NCBI GenBank assembly: GCA_036336775.1
Contig: JAYZFM010000042.1
Coordinates: 9,945 to 73,944 of the forward strand
Direction: 5' to 3'
Source: Bdellovibrionota bacterium
GTDB taxonomy: Bacteria; Bdellovibrionota; Bacteriovoracia; Bacteriovoracales; Bacteriovoracaceae
DNA: 64,000 bases
Shown: positions 36,602-46,580 of the stretch, in pieces
Layout of the letters: every line of letters begins with the position of its first letter
Position numbering within the stretch: position 1 is the first letter of the stretch
Translations under genes and position numbers: made by a program
The notes under the pieces: model-generated
What the model saw: the letters and a program-made list of their open reading frames with translations, nothing else
Databases searched by the model: none
Told to the model about the DNA's origin: nothing

Positions 36602-37588
36602 ATGTACATCGTAACAGGTGGTGCAGGATTTATTGGTTCAGTTATTATTAAGGCCCTTAATGATAGGGGAATAGAAAATATTTTAGTCGTAGACCGCTTA
36701 GAAAAGGATTCGAAGTGGATGAATCTAAGAGGAATAAAATTTCAAGAGTACCTGCATGCAGATGAATTTATTCAACCTGATATGCTTAATCAAATTTTTG
36801 ATGAGGGCATCACTCAAGTTTATCATATGGGTGCATGTTCAAGCACAACTGAAACAGACGTTGATTACCTCATGAAAAATAATGTTGAGTTCTCCAAGAT
36901 TGTTTTTAGTTACTGCGCAGGTTACGACGTACCAATTTGTTATGCTTCTTCTGCTGCAACATACGGAGCCGGAGAACATGGCTACGACGATACTGAAGTT
37001 GAAAAACTCCAGCCTTTAAATCCTTATGGTTGGTCAAAGCAGTTGATGGATGAGTGGGCACTTCAACAAGATAAAGTTCCAACTAAATGGTATGGAGTGA
37101 AGTTTTTTAATGTTTATGGACCGAACGAATATCATAAAGGTTCCATGCGCTCAGTTGTCGTTCAAGCACACAAACAGATTAAAGATACTGGAAAAATGAA
37201 ACTATTTAAGTCTTATCATCCAGATTATAAAGATGGTGAGCAGCTTAGAGATTTTGTTTATGTTAAAGATGTTGTTCAGGCGATGGTTAGGCTGATGTTT
37301 GAAGATCATCAAGGTCCAAGTGGACTTTATAATTTAGGAACAGGACAGGCGAGAAGTTTTAAAGACTTGGTTCTGGCAACATTTGCAGCGCTCGATAAGA
37401 GTGAAGCTATTGAGTATATCGATATGCCGGATCACTTAAAGGATCAATACCAATATTATACTCAGGCCAATATGAATAAACTCGCTCAGGCATTTTCTGA
37501 TTTTAAATTCCATTCTCTAGAAGAAGGAGTTAAGGATTATGTTCAGAACTACTTAGAAAAACCAAATCAATTTGAGAGATCTCGCTAA
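36602..37588 (+). CDS. hldD: ADP-L-glycero-D-manno-heptose 6-epimerase
   Basis: MYIVTGGAGFIGS, catalytic YGWSK (YxxxK), and an extended-SDR length of 328 aa. Confidence 0.8.
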   Translation: MYIVTGGAGFIGSVIIKALNDRGIENILVVDRLEKDSKWMNLRGIKFQEYLHADEFIQPDMLNQIFDEGITQVYHMGACSSTTETDVDYLMKNNVEFSKIVFSYCAGYDVPICYASSAATYGAGEHGYDDTEVEKLQPLNPYGWSKQLMDEWALQQDKVPTKWYGVKFFNVYGPNEYHKGSMRSVVVQAHKQIKDTGKMKLFKSYHPDYKDGEQLRDFVYVKDVVQAMVRLMFEDHQGPSGLYNLGTGQARSFKDLVLATFAALDKSEAIEYIDMPDHLKDQYQYYTQANMNKLAQAFSDFKFHSLEEGVKDYVQNYLEKPNQFERSR

Positions 37589-38013
37589 TGGCAGACTTTA
37601 AAGGCGGCGTGAAAGAAGCCGCCAAAATGTTAATGGGGTTAAGTGGGAGTGCTAGGTCTAAACTCTTAGAGGAGATTCGTAAAAAAGATCCCAGTATGGC
37701 CAAGCAGATTGAGTCGAGCCTTATTTCTATGGACGACCTTAAGTACCTGACACCGGGAATGTTGGTGGCACTTCTTCGCGAAGTGAATCTTGAAAAGTTT
37801 GGATTGGCTCTAAGGACTGTCGATCAAAATATCGTGGAAAAAATTTTAGGCCAAGTTTCAACTGGTATTAGGCTAGACATTGAAGATGGATTGAAAGGAA
37901 AACCTCGCGCGGTAAGCGAAGTTGAAGCTGCTCAAAATGAAATTCTCGATATTTTAAAAAAGAAAGTAGAGCAGGGACATATCGTAATTGATCCCGAGGA
38001 AAAATTAGTTTAA
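37588..38013 (+). CDS. standalone FliG C-terminal-domain-like protein
   Basis: LTPGMLVALLREVNLEKFGLALRTVDQNIVEKILGQVSTGIRLDIEDGL...VSEVEAAQNEILDILKKKVEQGHIVI matches the FliG_C consensus (L..v....La.AL......v.ekil..mS.r....l.edl......v.eveeAq..I......L.e.G.I.i). It is only 141 aa, with no FliG N-terminal or middle domain. Confidence 0.6.
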   Translation: MADFKGGVKEAAKMLMGLSGSARSKLLEEIRKKDPSMAKQIESSLISMDDLKYLTPGMLVALLREVNLEKFGLALRTVDQNIVEKILGQVSTGIRLDIEDGLKGKPRAVSEVEAAQNEILDILKKKVEQGHIVIDPEEKLV

Positions 38014-38910
38014 ATGTTTTTTACTCATCCTATTCAATATGATCAGCCGGTTTACAGACCTCCTTCGGAGTGGCGATCTCTTTTGATTCAAGTGACCATT
38101 GGTTGTTCAAATAATATGTGTACCTATTGCGATATGTATCGCTCTAAAAAATATCGAGTGCGAGAACTTCCAGATATCATCGCGGAACTTGAAACATGTG
38201 CTCGGTCAAACTTGAATCCCTCTAAAATATTTCTTTGTGATGGAGATGCTCTAGGAGCTCCCATGGAAACTTTGGTTCCGGTGCTAGAGGCGATCAATCG
38301 TTTGTTTCCAAAAGTCGAGCGAGTAGGGATATATGCCACGGCTGAAAATATCCTCAATAAAACACCTGAGGAGCTTAGACTTTTATCTTCTTTAAAGTTA
38401 AATATTGCCTACCTCGGCCTTGAGTCAGGTGATGATAAAATTCTGCATATGGTAGTTAAAGGAAATACTGCTAAGGAGATGACGGAAGCTTCGCTTAAAA
38501 TTAAGGCCAATGGATTTAAACTTTCTACTATTGCAATGCTTGGAATTGGAGGAAAGAAGTTTTCAGCCAACCATATAGAGAATACCGCTAAGATTTTAAG
38601 TGAAACTAACCCTGAGTACTTCTCATTTCTCACGACATTTGCTGTTCCAGGCACACCCTATCATAGAATGGTGGAGAGAGGTTCAATTGAGCCTTTGACT
38701 TCGAAAGAGTTATTAATTGAGATGCGTGAAATATTGGCGAAGGCTAGCTTTGATCTAAATCCAGTATTATTTCGTGCTAACCATGTCTCAAATGCTCGCC
38801 CGATTGGAGGAGAGCTGCCCAGAGATAAGGACATGATCTTGGCAGAGCTTGATGAGTGGATTCGCCAGACTCCTGAAGGTGTTTATCCAAAAATGCCTGC
38901 TTCTATGTAG
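38014..38910 (+). CDS. radical SAM protein
   Basis: Cys triad in VTIGCSNNMCTYCDMY. The TIM-barrel-sized protein begins directly after the stop of the upstream gene. Confidence 0.7.
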   Translation: MFFTHPIQYDQPVYRPPSEWRSLLIQVTIGCSNNMCTYCDMYRSKKYRVRELPDIIAELETCARSNLNPSKIFLCDGDALGAPMETLVPVLEAINRLFPKVERVGIYATAENILNKTPEELRLLSSLKLNIAYLGLESGDDKILHMVVKGNTAKEMTEASLKIKANGFKLSTIAMLGIGGKKFSANHIENTAKILSETNPEYFSFLTTFAVPGTPYHRMVERGSIEPLTSKELLIEMREILAKASFDLNPVLFRANHVSNARPIGGELPRDKDMILAELDEWIRQTPEGVYPKMPASM

Positions 38911-38981
38911 TGAACAAAATACACCATGTAAATTTCGGCCCTAAGTCCCCATAAAGTGCAGAATTCTGCTATATTTCAGAA

Positions 38982-39908
38982 ATGCTTAAGGTCCTATTTG
39001 TTCTAATTGTTTCTATTACTAATTTATCCGCAAAGGAAATTAACCTATCGGCATTTAAAGATAGTGAAATGGGAATCGGAGATCGAGTGATCTCGTTCTT
39101 TAAATCTAGCTATGTTAAATCTTATAAGACCCAGCACCTCACTTATGAAATTCATTTAGACTCTAATTTTAAGGATGCAGAAACTCTCGTTCGCGATTTA
39201 GAAAAGCTATCTCGAGCGAAAATAACTTACCCAAAGAAAACAAAGCATATCAATTTGTCTCCTGTTGTTAATTTTTTATATCCAGCAATAAACCTAAACT
39301 CAGCACCGATGCTGAACTCTTATAACTGCCATAACACAAGCTTGGTCACACAGGGCTTTCTTAAGCGCCAGAGCTATACCTCGGAAGAAGAAATCCGATT
39401 TTATATGGATAACTTTTGTGAGAGGGTAAGTCGCCCTTCGGCTAATACCATTGGTATTTACTATCACCCAATTCTCTCGCACTCCTTTACTGTCATCTCA
39501 AAGAATTTTGTTTTTGAGAAGCCAAGCAATAGCATAGATAAGCCTTATCGATTTTTAAAACTAGGTTCAGGTAATGGTTTTGACTACTATCAATGTAACG
39601 CAGAGGAGTATCAAAAACTCAATTGTCCTGAGCTATCACAAAAAGGGAACCGTTTAGAACAGCTGGATAAATACTTCTCAAAACTTGCCAATGATTTATC
39701 TGAATCAACCAGTAGATCACAAGAGGCGAAGAAGTTAGATAATTTGCAAAAAGAGCTTATTACATCTTTTCATGAAACTAGTGAATGCCAATTGCTACGC
39801 GACTCTTATCTGGAGCGAATCTACTCCCTTAAGTCATTTTATGATGATTTACAGGCCGGAGGTATTTACGGTCGTGGAAGTTATGATAGCTTTCAAGGAA
39901 AAATCTAA
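38982..39908 (+). CDS. secreted hypothetical protein
   Basis: Signal peptide MLKVLFVLIVSITNLSA. Confidence 0.5.
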   Translation: MLKVLFVLIVSITNLSAKEINLSAFKDSEMGIGDRVISFFKSSYVKSYKTQHLTYEIHLDSNFKDAETLVRDLEKLSRAKITYPKKTKHINLSPVVNFLYPAINLNSAPMLNSYNCHNTSLVTQGFLKRQSYTSEEEIRFYMDNFCERVSRPSANTIGIYYHPILSHSFTVISKNFVFEKPSNSIDKPYRFLKLGSGNGFDYYQCNAEEYQKLNCPELSQKGNRLEQLDKYFSKLANDLSESTSRSQEAKKLDNLQKELITSFHETSECQLLRDSYLERIYSLKSFYDDLQAGGIYGRGSYDSFQGKI

Positions 39909-39930
39909 CTTTTAAAAACCGGGGAAAGTT

Positions 39931-41115
39931 TTATTCAGCCGTCTCATACTCGATGATGATTTTTTTGTCGACATCCCTCATAATAGGTAAGTCTTCATCA
40001 GGTATAATTGTTATTTGAAAATTTTCATCATCATTATCCTCAATATTAACTTGAAAAAGTCCGTTATAACGAATTTTCTCTTCTGACTCTGAGTCCTGAG
40101 TATAAAGCTTGATTGATTTTACGAGCTCTTGAATATCTTGAGTGCTCTCTTCGAATTGTATCTCTGAAACACGATCAATAATTTCCTTATCTGTACACGG
40201 ATTCACATCTCCTCCAGGAAGCGTAAATACTTCTGCGGGCACGATGACCCAGCCTTCTTGAGCGATGGTATTAGGATGAGGACGAGATACCCCACACAAA
40301 CTCGAGTTCGCTCTTCCTTCTATTTTCTTTCTCCAAAAAAATTGGAGCGCTATCTTTTGTCTAGGGCCTTGAAAGTAGTTAATTTTCAAATCGAGCGGAA
40401 GATTAGGGGCTATTGAGACATGGGGGGACTCAGAGTTCTGAGGCTTTCCACACAGAAACTTTGGGGCATGCTCTCTGCTGGAGTCTATATAAGTGATATA
40501 ATCTTCTGCCCCAGAAGGTTTGAGGTGTAGTTTTGACCCGTCATCGGAAAGAATGGCAAACTCATATTCACCCGCTAGAGATTGATCTTCAATTTTTATA
40601 ATAGATTCTAAGTTCACATTAAAAAATTCAAAAAGAGGCTCATTATTGACCTGTAGAACTTGGCCTTCTTGAGTTGAAAAACCTTCTAAGAAACTTCGTT
40701 CAGGAATATCAACATTGGATAGAAATAGCTTAGTATCATCTAATCCATAAGAGTATGTAGGATCGAGATAATTATTGAGATTTGACTGTATATTCCTTCG
40801 GTTGGAGTCAGCAGGAAGATCCTCTAGTTCTTTAATTAGGCGAAGATCACCTTTTAAACCGTTTGATTCACCCAAGCTGGGAGCATCACTACCAAGAGGC
40901 TCGCAAATGGTCTTTTTAAGTGATGAATAATTTCTCTCTATCGTTTTAGAGATTTTATCCGATTGATTATCGTCATCTTGGTTCGCATCGCTCTCTTCTT
41001 CTGAATGAACTTGTCCTTCAACTGCTGCCATTTGAGTCCAGTCTGAATCAGCTTGATCAGGACGACATCCTGTGAGGCATAGAATTAACGTGAGAGTTGG
41101 AGCTAGTCGTTTCAT
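39931..41115 (-). CDS. lipoprotein with possible PA14-like domain
   Basis: Lipobox LCLTGC. The segments GLKGDLRLI ... AGEYEFAILSDDGSKLHLK resemble the PA14 pattern (G.Y.F...sDDG..L.i). Confidence 0.4.
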   Translation of the reverse strand: MKRLAPTLTLILCLTGCRPDQADSDWTQMAAVEGQVHSEEESDANQDDDNQSDKISKTIERNYSSLKKTICEPLGSDAPSLGESNGLKGDLRLIKELEDLPADSNRRNIQSNLNNYLDPTYSYGLDDTKLFLSNVDIPERSFLEGFSTQEGQVLQVNNEPLFEFFNVNLESIIKIEDQSLAGEYEFAILSDDGSKLHLKPSGAEDYITYIDSSREHAPKFLCGKPQNSESPHVSIAPNLPLDLKINYFQGPRQKIALQFFWRKKIEGRANSSLCGVSRPHPNTIAQEGWVIVPAEVFTLPGGDVNPCTDKEIIDRVSEIQFEESTQDIQELVKSIKLYTQDSESEEKIRYNGLFQVNIEDNDDENFQITIIPDEDLPIMRDVDKKIIIEYETAE

Positions 41116-41361
41116 AAACTTATTATCGCCATTAAATTATATGAGCTTAATCGTTTTTCCCGTGTGCTCTCTATATTCAGTAGGTTAGCCAAAATAAAGG
41201 GCCAATTTCGAGAAAAAGACCGGCAACGAAATCGGGCAGTTTTATCAATCTAAGGAAAACTGACTAATGTTTAAACAGCATTATATTTTATACAGTACAC
41301 CAGCAAAATTTCAGTCATTTAAAACCTCTTGAATTGGCATCAAGCTTGCTCATTAGAACAT

Positions 41362-43617
41362 ATGAGAAAGCTATTTTATTTGATGTTGATTAGTTACCTA
41401 GTGGTTGCATGTTCTGCACCCGAGAAAGATTCTAAGCCTAAAAAACTAGATACGAGTTTTTTAGAATTAGGTGAGCTAGGTGAGATAAAAAAAAATAGTC
41501 AAATCAATCCGAGTGATAAAGTGATCGTTTTAGATGAAGATCAAAATATTACCATTTTAAATGATGGAAAGATCACGATCGAAAATTTTGATGCCAGTAC
41601 CCTTGAAGCAGACTCTGTCATCGTTGGAAATTCAAAAGATAAATACCTTTTTAAGGCGGTAGCGGTTCAAGGCGATGAAGTGGAGATCAAAAGTACTGAC
41701 TTAACTAGCATTTCTGAAGAAGACTCAGCTTTTAGTTTCGACGTTTCCCCTGAGGTTCAATTTGAGAATGATGACCTCACTATAGATAAAGTTTCAAGTT
41801 CCACCGACACTCAGTCTTTAAATGCAAGTGACGATGAACCGGTGAAGTTTAAAGGAAATGAGGTTCTTTTTTCGAATTTCAACGTTCTAAGCATTTCTGG
41901 TGATGTATCTCAAGGTCTTAAAGGACGTAATTTTACTGAAAAATCCATAGCGTTTTCTGGAGGAGTCGAAGGAAATGTTTCTGTAGATATAACCTCAGGT
42001 TTTGTTAAATTTCTTCCAACTTTTAGAGGTGATTATAAATTTAGTGGAGGCAAAGTCTCTAAGCTCTATAATCAATTTGATTCCTTAGTTAAATATAAAT
42101 TCGTAGTTAAAGTTAAAAATGATGGAAAGGTAAGTGGTAGCTTTGGGCGAAGTCTTTTTAAAGATTTGAAATTCCCTGTCACTATTCCTGGAGCAGTACC
42201 AGTATACCTAGAGTTTGTGATCAAGCTTCCTGTCGGAATTAAATTTTCTCTGGCAGATGCTTCGGAGACAACTTTTACTTTTGCAGGTGAGTATGCGCTT
42301 AAAGCCCATATGAATTATGATAATGAAAATGGAATGAATTTTGATCGTAAGATGTCGTCGCTGGCCAAACAAAAAGATGTTAAAACAAATAGAGACAGTG
42401 GTGTCTTTCAAGCGGAGTTATTTTTTGAACCTAAAATTCAAACTAAGATATACCGTCTACTCGGGCCATACGCTTACCTGAATGCTTCTGTTATGGCAGA
42501 TGTACTACTTCCATTGGCGGCTAATCGCGATGATCTCTACGCCAATCTATCAGGAGGAGTGGGAATTACTTTTTCAGACCCAATCTTTGAAAAAGATATA
42601 CTCAATTTAAAAAGTCCAAGTCTATTTAATATTTCCAAAGGCTATGATGTTATTGGGCCCATTAAAAAGAAATGGAAATGGGTTGATGAGTTTGCTCTTA
42701 ATAACTCAACGATGCATATTTCAAGTCTTGAGCAGGGTAGTGCAGCTCTAAAGATTAGACCAAGTTCTCTAAGTGAATTTGGAAAAGTGCATATTACTAA
42801 ACACCCTAAAAATGGACTACTAATTCCACACCAGAATTTTTCGACTAATGGAATTATGAATTATTACCCTTTTAAAGAGTATTATGATGGAGAAGATAGT
42901 TTTAAAATTTCTTTTCAAGAAGGACGAGCTCATTCGGATGAAATCGAAATCAAACTTGTCATTGATCAAAGTATTGTAGACGATATTAGTGAAGGGTTTA
43001 GTTTAACTAGTTCAACGTTGAGTTCTGTGGGTAAGTTTTTTGATTCCGAAGTATCAGGTCTTCAAACTTGGTCTGTACCTCGGTCGAGTTTTTCTCATTA
43101 CCGTAGGGCACAGTGTAAAACAAATTCTTGTCACGCCTCTGACCTACCTATCGTCGAGGGAATAACTCGTCGTGATCCAGAGCGTACTCTTAGCGAGAAA
43201 AAGCTTCAGGCACTGCGCCTATTTGGAAAGAATATTGATAGAATAGAGAAGGTAATGATGGCTAAGCAGAATCTTTGGTTCTCAGGCAATTCTTTAGGTA
43301 AGGTCTTAGAAGTTGAAGAATTGCCAACAAACTGTCATCTTAATTATTTAAATTGCTTTTCGAGTCTTTCTATACAAGAGGCTCGAGGTGAAATTGTGCT
43401 AGAAAATAATGGAATCTATACTTTCGAAAGTGCTGTGGAAGAAGCGAGTGCTCTAGAGATTAGAGATAATATCGTCGAGATCGAAACTAACTACAATAGC
43501 ATACTTGTATATGACTTCTCACCGGATAAAATTCATTTAAATCCGGTTTTTCAGTATGATAGAAATTATAGAATTCTAATGAAAACTGAGGAGTGGAAAG
43601 AGGAAGAAGAGGACTAA
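41362..43617 (+). CDS. large lipoprotein, unknown function
   Basis: From ORF 41329..43617. ATG at 41362 gives MRKLFYLMLISYLVVACS (lipobox). Confidence 0.6.
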   Translation: MRKLFYLMLISYLVVACSAPEKDSKPKKLDTSFLELGELGEIKKNSQINPSDKVIVLDEDQNITILNDGKITIENFDASTLEADSVIVGNSKDKYLFKAVAVQGDEVEIKSTDLTSISEEDSAFSFDVSPEVQFENDDLTIDKVSSSTDTQSLNASDDEPVKFKGNEVLFSNFNVLSISGDVSQGLKGRNFTEKSIAFSGGVEGNVSVDITSGFVKFLPTFRGDYKFSGGKVSKLYNQFDSLVKYKFVVKVKNDGKVSGSFGRSLFKDLKFPVTIPGAVPVYLEFVIKLPVGIKFSLADASETTFTFAGEYALKAHMNYDNENGMNFDRKMSSLAKQKDVKTNRDSGVFQAELFFEPKIQTKIYRLLGPYAYLNASVMADVLLPLAANRDDLYANLSGGVGITFSDPIFEKDILNLKSPSLFNISKGYDVIGPIKKKWKWVDEFALNNSTMHISSLEQGSAALKIRPSSLSEFGKVHITKHPKNGLLIPHQNFSTNGIMNYYPFKEYYDGEDSFKISFQEGRAHSDEIEIKLVIDQSIVDDISEGFSLTSSTLSSVGKFFDSEVSGLQTWSVPRSSFSHYRRAQCKTNSCHASDLPIVEGITRRDPERTLSEKKLQALRLFGKNIDRIEKVMMAKQNLWFSGNSLGKVLEVEELPTNCHLNYLNCFSSLSIQEARGEIVLENNGIYTFESAVEEASALEIRDNIVEIETNYNSILVYDFSPDKIHLNPVFQYDRNYRILMKTEEWKEEEED

Positions 43618-43961
43618 TCTTTAATATTAGTCCATGCGCCACCGTTGACCACATTCTTATAGCCTGAAGCCTCGAGAAGTTTTACCGCTTGCCCTGATCT
43701 ATTTCCTGAGCGGCAAAAAACTATGATAGGTCTCGTTTTATCGAGTTTAATTAAGTTTTGCTCGAGTCTATCCAGCGGAATATTAATCATTTTATCGGAG
43801 TGAGCTTCTTCATACTCAGCTACCGTGCGGACATCCAGAAGCTGAGGGTTTTGTCCTATTACAGCTTCAATATTTTTTGAGTATTTACCATTGGCGTATA
43901 GTTTGAAAGCCACAAGGCCCAAGACGACGGCAAAAGCTACAATGAAGTTTTGATTAAACAT
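43614..43961 (-). CDS. membrane-anchored rhodanese-domain sulfurtransferase
   Basis: N-terminal TM segment. VRTVAEYEEAH and active-site loop CRSGNRSG. Confidence 0.8.
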   Translation of the reverse strand: MFNQNFIVAFAVVLGLVAFKLYANGKYSKNIEAVIGQNPQLLDVRTVAEYEEAHSDKMINIPLDRLEQNLIKLDKTRPIIVFCRSGNRSGQAVKLLEASGYKNVVNGGAWTNIKD

Positions 43962-44018
43962 ATATGCTCCCTGTCCTCTTATTATAAGAGGACTCAGGAG
44001 TATGAACTTTGATTATGA

Positions 44019-45053
44019 TCAATATTTACTAATTAGAGTAGGTAGAGCTTCAAATTCTAAGTATTCAAAATCATTGTATTTTTTAACATCATAACAACCG
44101 CTTTGAATATTTTCCGTTTGCTCTAGGATAATTTTGAGGATCTGTGCCACTTCCAGTGGGTTAGACATGGCAAGAGCATGTTTTCCACCTCTGACAAAGA
44201 AGCATGCCGTATCTGTCTTGGTATCAACATGAGCCTTGAGAAGATTTAGCTGACCTTTTTGTAGGGACTCTTTTTCGCCTTCAGCTAGGATGAAAAAACG
44301 TTTTGTAGTCGTTCCGTCTGGGTTTTCTAGTTCTAGTTTTTCTAGTGACCTCGAAGAACTAAGGTAGCCTTCCATAAAATCATCTTTTCTATCTTCTTTT
44401 AATTTGTAACTTTCAATATAGCTTTTCACGACTGGATTCCAGGCCAAACGATAAGCTTGATCCATGGCAGATCTAATGACATAGGTGCGCATTGGATTAA
44501 ACATATTCGCAAACTCAAGGCTCGTTTGGTAGGTGGCCAGATTTGGATTGGCATCTTTTACAGTAGTAAATGGTGAAATATCTACGATGATATCAAAGTT
44601 TTTAAGCGCACGTGAAATGGAACTACTAAAAGAAAGAGTGACAGGAATTGTTTCCAGTCCAAACTCTCTTTTTATTTCCGAGGCCATAAAATTAACTTCA
44701 AACGCGTAGTCTTCTACAGTGAAGTCCTTTGATCTAAAATAAGGTTTCACACCATCTTTTAGACCGTTAACTGCGATAGGATGAGTGCTGAAGTTCATGG
44801 CCACAAAAGCTATATTGTTTTGTTGCAATACTCCTAGGATATTGTCAGACCTTAGGTATCCACGGTTCACACCAGGGAGTAAAAGTAGCACTGGTTTATC
44901 ATATCCCTGTGGCACAAATGAATGCTTTAGAACAACTCTTTGTTCAATCGGTTCAGACCTTCCCGTTTCAGGTAGTTGAACATACTCAACCTGTGCAAAA
45001 GCCAAGTTGAGTGAAAGGTCGAGTGAAAGAATGAGGAAAGTGATCAATTTCAT
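44019..45053 (-). CDS. secreted hypothetical protein
   Basis: Signal peptide MKLITFLILSLDLSLNLAFA. No catalytic motif recognised. Confidence 0.5.
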   Translation of the reverse strand: MKLITFLILSLDLSLNLAFAQVEYVQLPETGRSEPIEQRVVLKHSFVPQGYDKPVLLLLPGVNRGYLRSDNILGVLQQNNIAFVAMNFSTHPIAVNGLKDGVKPYFRSKDFTVEDYAFEVNFMASEIKREFGLETIPVTLSFSSSISRALKNFDIIVDISPFTTVKDANPNLATYQTSLEFANMFNPMRTYVIRSAMDQAYRLAWNPVVKSYIESYKLKEDRKDDFMEGYLSSSRSLEKLELENPDGTTTKRFFILAEGEKESLQKGQLNLLKAHVDTKTDTACFFVRGGKHALAMSNPLEVAQILKIILEQTENIQSGCYDVKKYNDFEYLEFEALPTLISKY

Positions 45054-45074
45054 TTTAGGCCCTTTAAGCTTTGA

Positions 45075-45398
45075 TTATGGAAAACTAAGTTTTTGTCCTT
45101 CTTTAACAGCTAGAAGCTCAAGCTCGCTTCCTTCAATCAAGAAGATGACATTTTTGATTTCTACTAGCTCTCTATAAGCCTTGGTCGTACATACAGAACT
45201 AAGAGTCGCGTAGTTTGAGTTATGATAAGGAAGACAGCGTACGTTTACTTGTTGAATTAAATATCTTTGGCCTGTACTTTGAGCAACCATTTGCTCTAAA
45301 GTTGATTTTTGGTTTGCCGTTAGAAGAATAGTTTTTGCCTCGTAAGCAAAAGCAGAGTTAAGAGATAAAAGTGTAAGTAGAATAGTGATGATTTTCAT
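45075..45398 (-). CDS. small secreted hypothetical protein
   Basis: Signal peptide MKIITILLTLLSLNSAFA. Confidence 0.5.
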   Translation of the reverse strand: MKIITILLTLLSLNSAFAYEAKTILLTANQKSTLEQMVAQSTGQRYLIQQVNVRCLPYHNSNYATLSSVCTTKAYRELVEIKNVIFLIEGSELELLAVKEGQKLSFP

Positions 45399-46318
45399 TA
45401 TAATTCCTTAGTTAAAAGTTTAAGTAGGTATTTAGGGTAGTTAATACTTCTTTTATTAATAAAGCCGCCGCTTTTTTCAGTTGAGCCAGCTGGCCAGTTG
45501 TGACCAAGTCCAGTGTTTTGGATAAGTGACACTCTTAGTTTTCCTGCGTGATAATATTCTGTAAGCTCGCCTGAAAGGTTCGTTCCCTCAAGGTGGGAAA
45601 GATCAGAAGTTCTTTTATCTTCAGCTTCAACACGAGCTGCAAATGCCTCTGCATTTTTAGTATTGTATTTCGTATCTACAAGATAATCGTTAGAGCCATA
45701 AATAATACTTACAATATCAATTTGTGAGTGGCTCTCAATAAGTTTTGAATTAAGCTTGTTGCAGTTACTAAGTATGTCTTCGATAGAGATACGAGCTCTT
45801 GATATATCACTTGACCCTGTTCCTACGCTTGGTCCAGCATTAGAGCCGACAAGAGAAAAGACATCTGGAGCAATACAACCCATAACTAAACTCATTCCTG
45901 CCCCTGAGCTAAGGCCACTGATACCAACACGATCATTATCTACTGCGTAGCTGTTTGAGAGATGCTTTGTTAGGCTAATAAGATAACCACTAAGACCTTC
46001 TACTCTTGAGTGATCGAGACCATAGTAATCCCAGCAACCAAATATAACGCCACCATTTGGAACTTCAGGAATTGCAATAATGGTGTTGTATTCATCAGAG
46101 GCATCATCCCAGTTTCCAGCTTCTTTTAAAGTCGTAGCTTTTTGAGCACAACCATGAAGATTGATCATCAAGGCATGTTTTTTTGCTGGGTCATAGTTTT
46201 GAGGGAGCCTAAGGTGAATTTTGGTCGTTAGTTCCGAATTAGAGAATTCGATTTCGCTCCACTCTGCTAGAGCTGAAAATGACAAGATTAAATTTAATGC
46301 AAATACGGTGAGCTTCAT
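45398..46318 (-). CDS. secreted esterase, PHB-depolymerase family
   Basis: Signal peptide. LHGCAQKA, FGCWDYYG and nucleophile elbow GISGLSSGAGMS. Confidence 0.65.
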   Translation of the reverse strand: MKLTVFALNLILSFSALAEWSEIEFSNSELTTKIHLRLPQNYDPAKKHALMINLHGCAQKATTLKEAGNWDDASDEYNTIIAIPEVPNGGVIFGCWDYYGLDHSRVEGLSGYLISLTKHLSNSYAVDNDRVGISGLSSGAGMSLVMGCIAPDVFSLVGSNAGPSVGTGSSDISRARISIEDILSNCNKLNSKLIESHSQIDIVSIIYGSNDYLVDTKYNTKNAEAFAARVEAEDKRTSDLSHLEGTNLSGELTEYYHAGKLRVSLIQNTGLGHNWPAGSTEKSGGFINKRSINYPKYLLKLLTKEL

Positions 46319-46509
46319 ATGATTCTTCCTTTTTTGTACGCGCGTACTATTAAATAAAAAACACTATCTGTATACTTAATTTATAAGTATCCGAAATAGC
46401 GTCTAGGAGCTCAGATGCACCAGTCGCAAAACGCACTTTTGACATTATGGCACCGAGTCTAAAGGTCGGCTTTAGTTTTTAACTCGTTGATTTTATATGA
46501 ATTGCCATT

Positions 46510-46525
46510 TGGCACGGCTGTTGCA
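46510..46525 (+). promoter_or_regulatory. candidate sigma-54 (-24/-12) promoter
   Basis: TGGCAC-GGCTG-TTGCA is an exact match to the TGGCAC-N5-TTGCW consensus. It lies about 120 nt upstream of the DksA/TraR-type gene. Confidence 0.55.
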
Positions 46526-46541
46526 CTAAGGTAGGCAAGCA

Positions 46542-46580
46542 AGATCAGATAGGAAGTTTGATCTTGAAAGATCGATAGGA
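46542..46580 (+). repeat. direct repeat AGATC(A)GATAGGA x2 in the leader
   Basis: agatcagatagga at 46542-46554 and agatcgatagga at 46569-46580. The first copy sits inside hairpin aagatca/tgatctt (46541-46565). Confidence 0.5.

Noticed and set aside
41335-41350. TGGCAT-CAAGC-TTGCT, a sigma-54-like motif upstream of the 751-aa lipoprotein gene.
   Set aside because: The sequence match is good. However, the predicted start site would fall 1-2 nt before the ATG at 41362, leaving no leader or RBS. It also lies inside the longer TTG-initiated ORF. I kept it only as a note.
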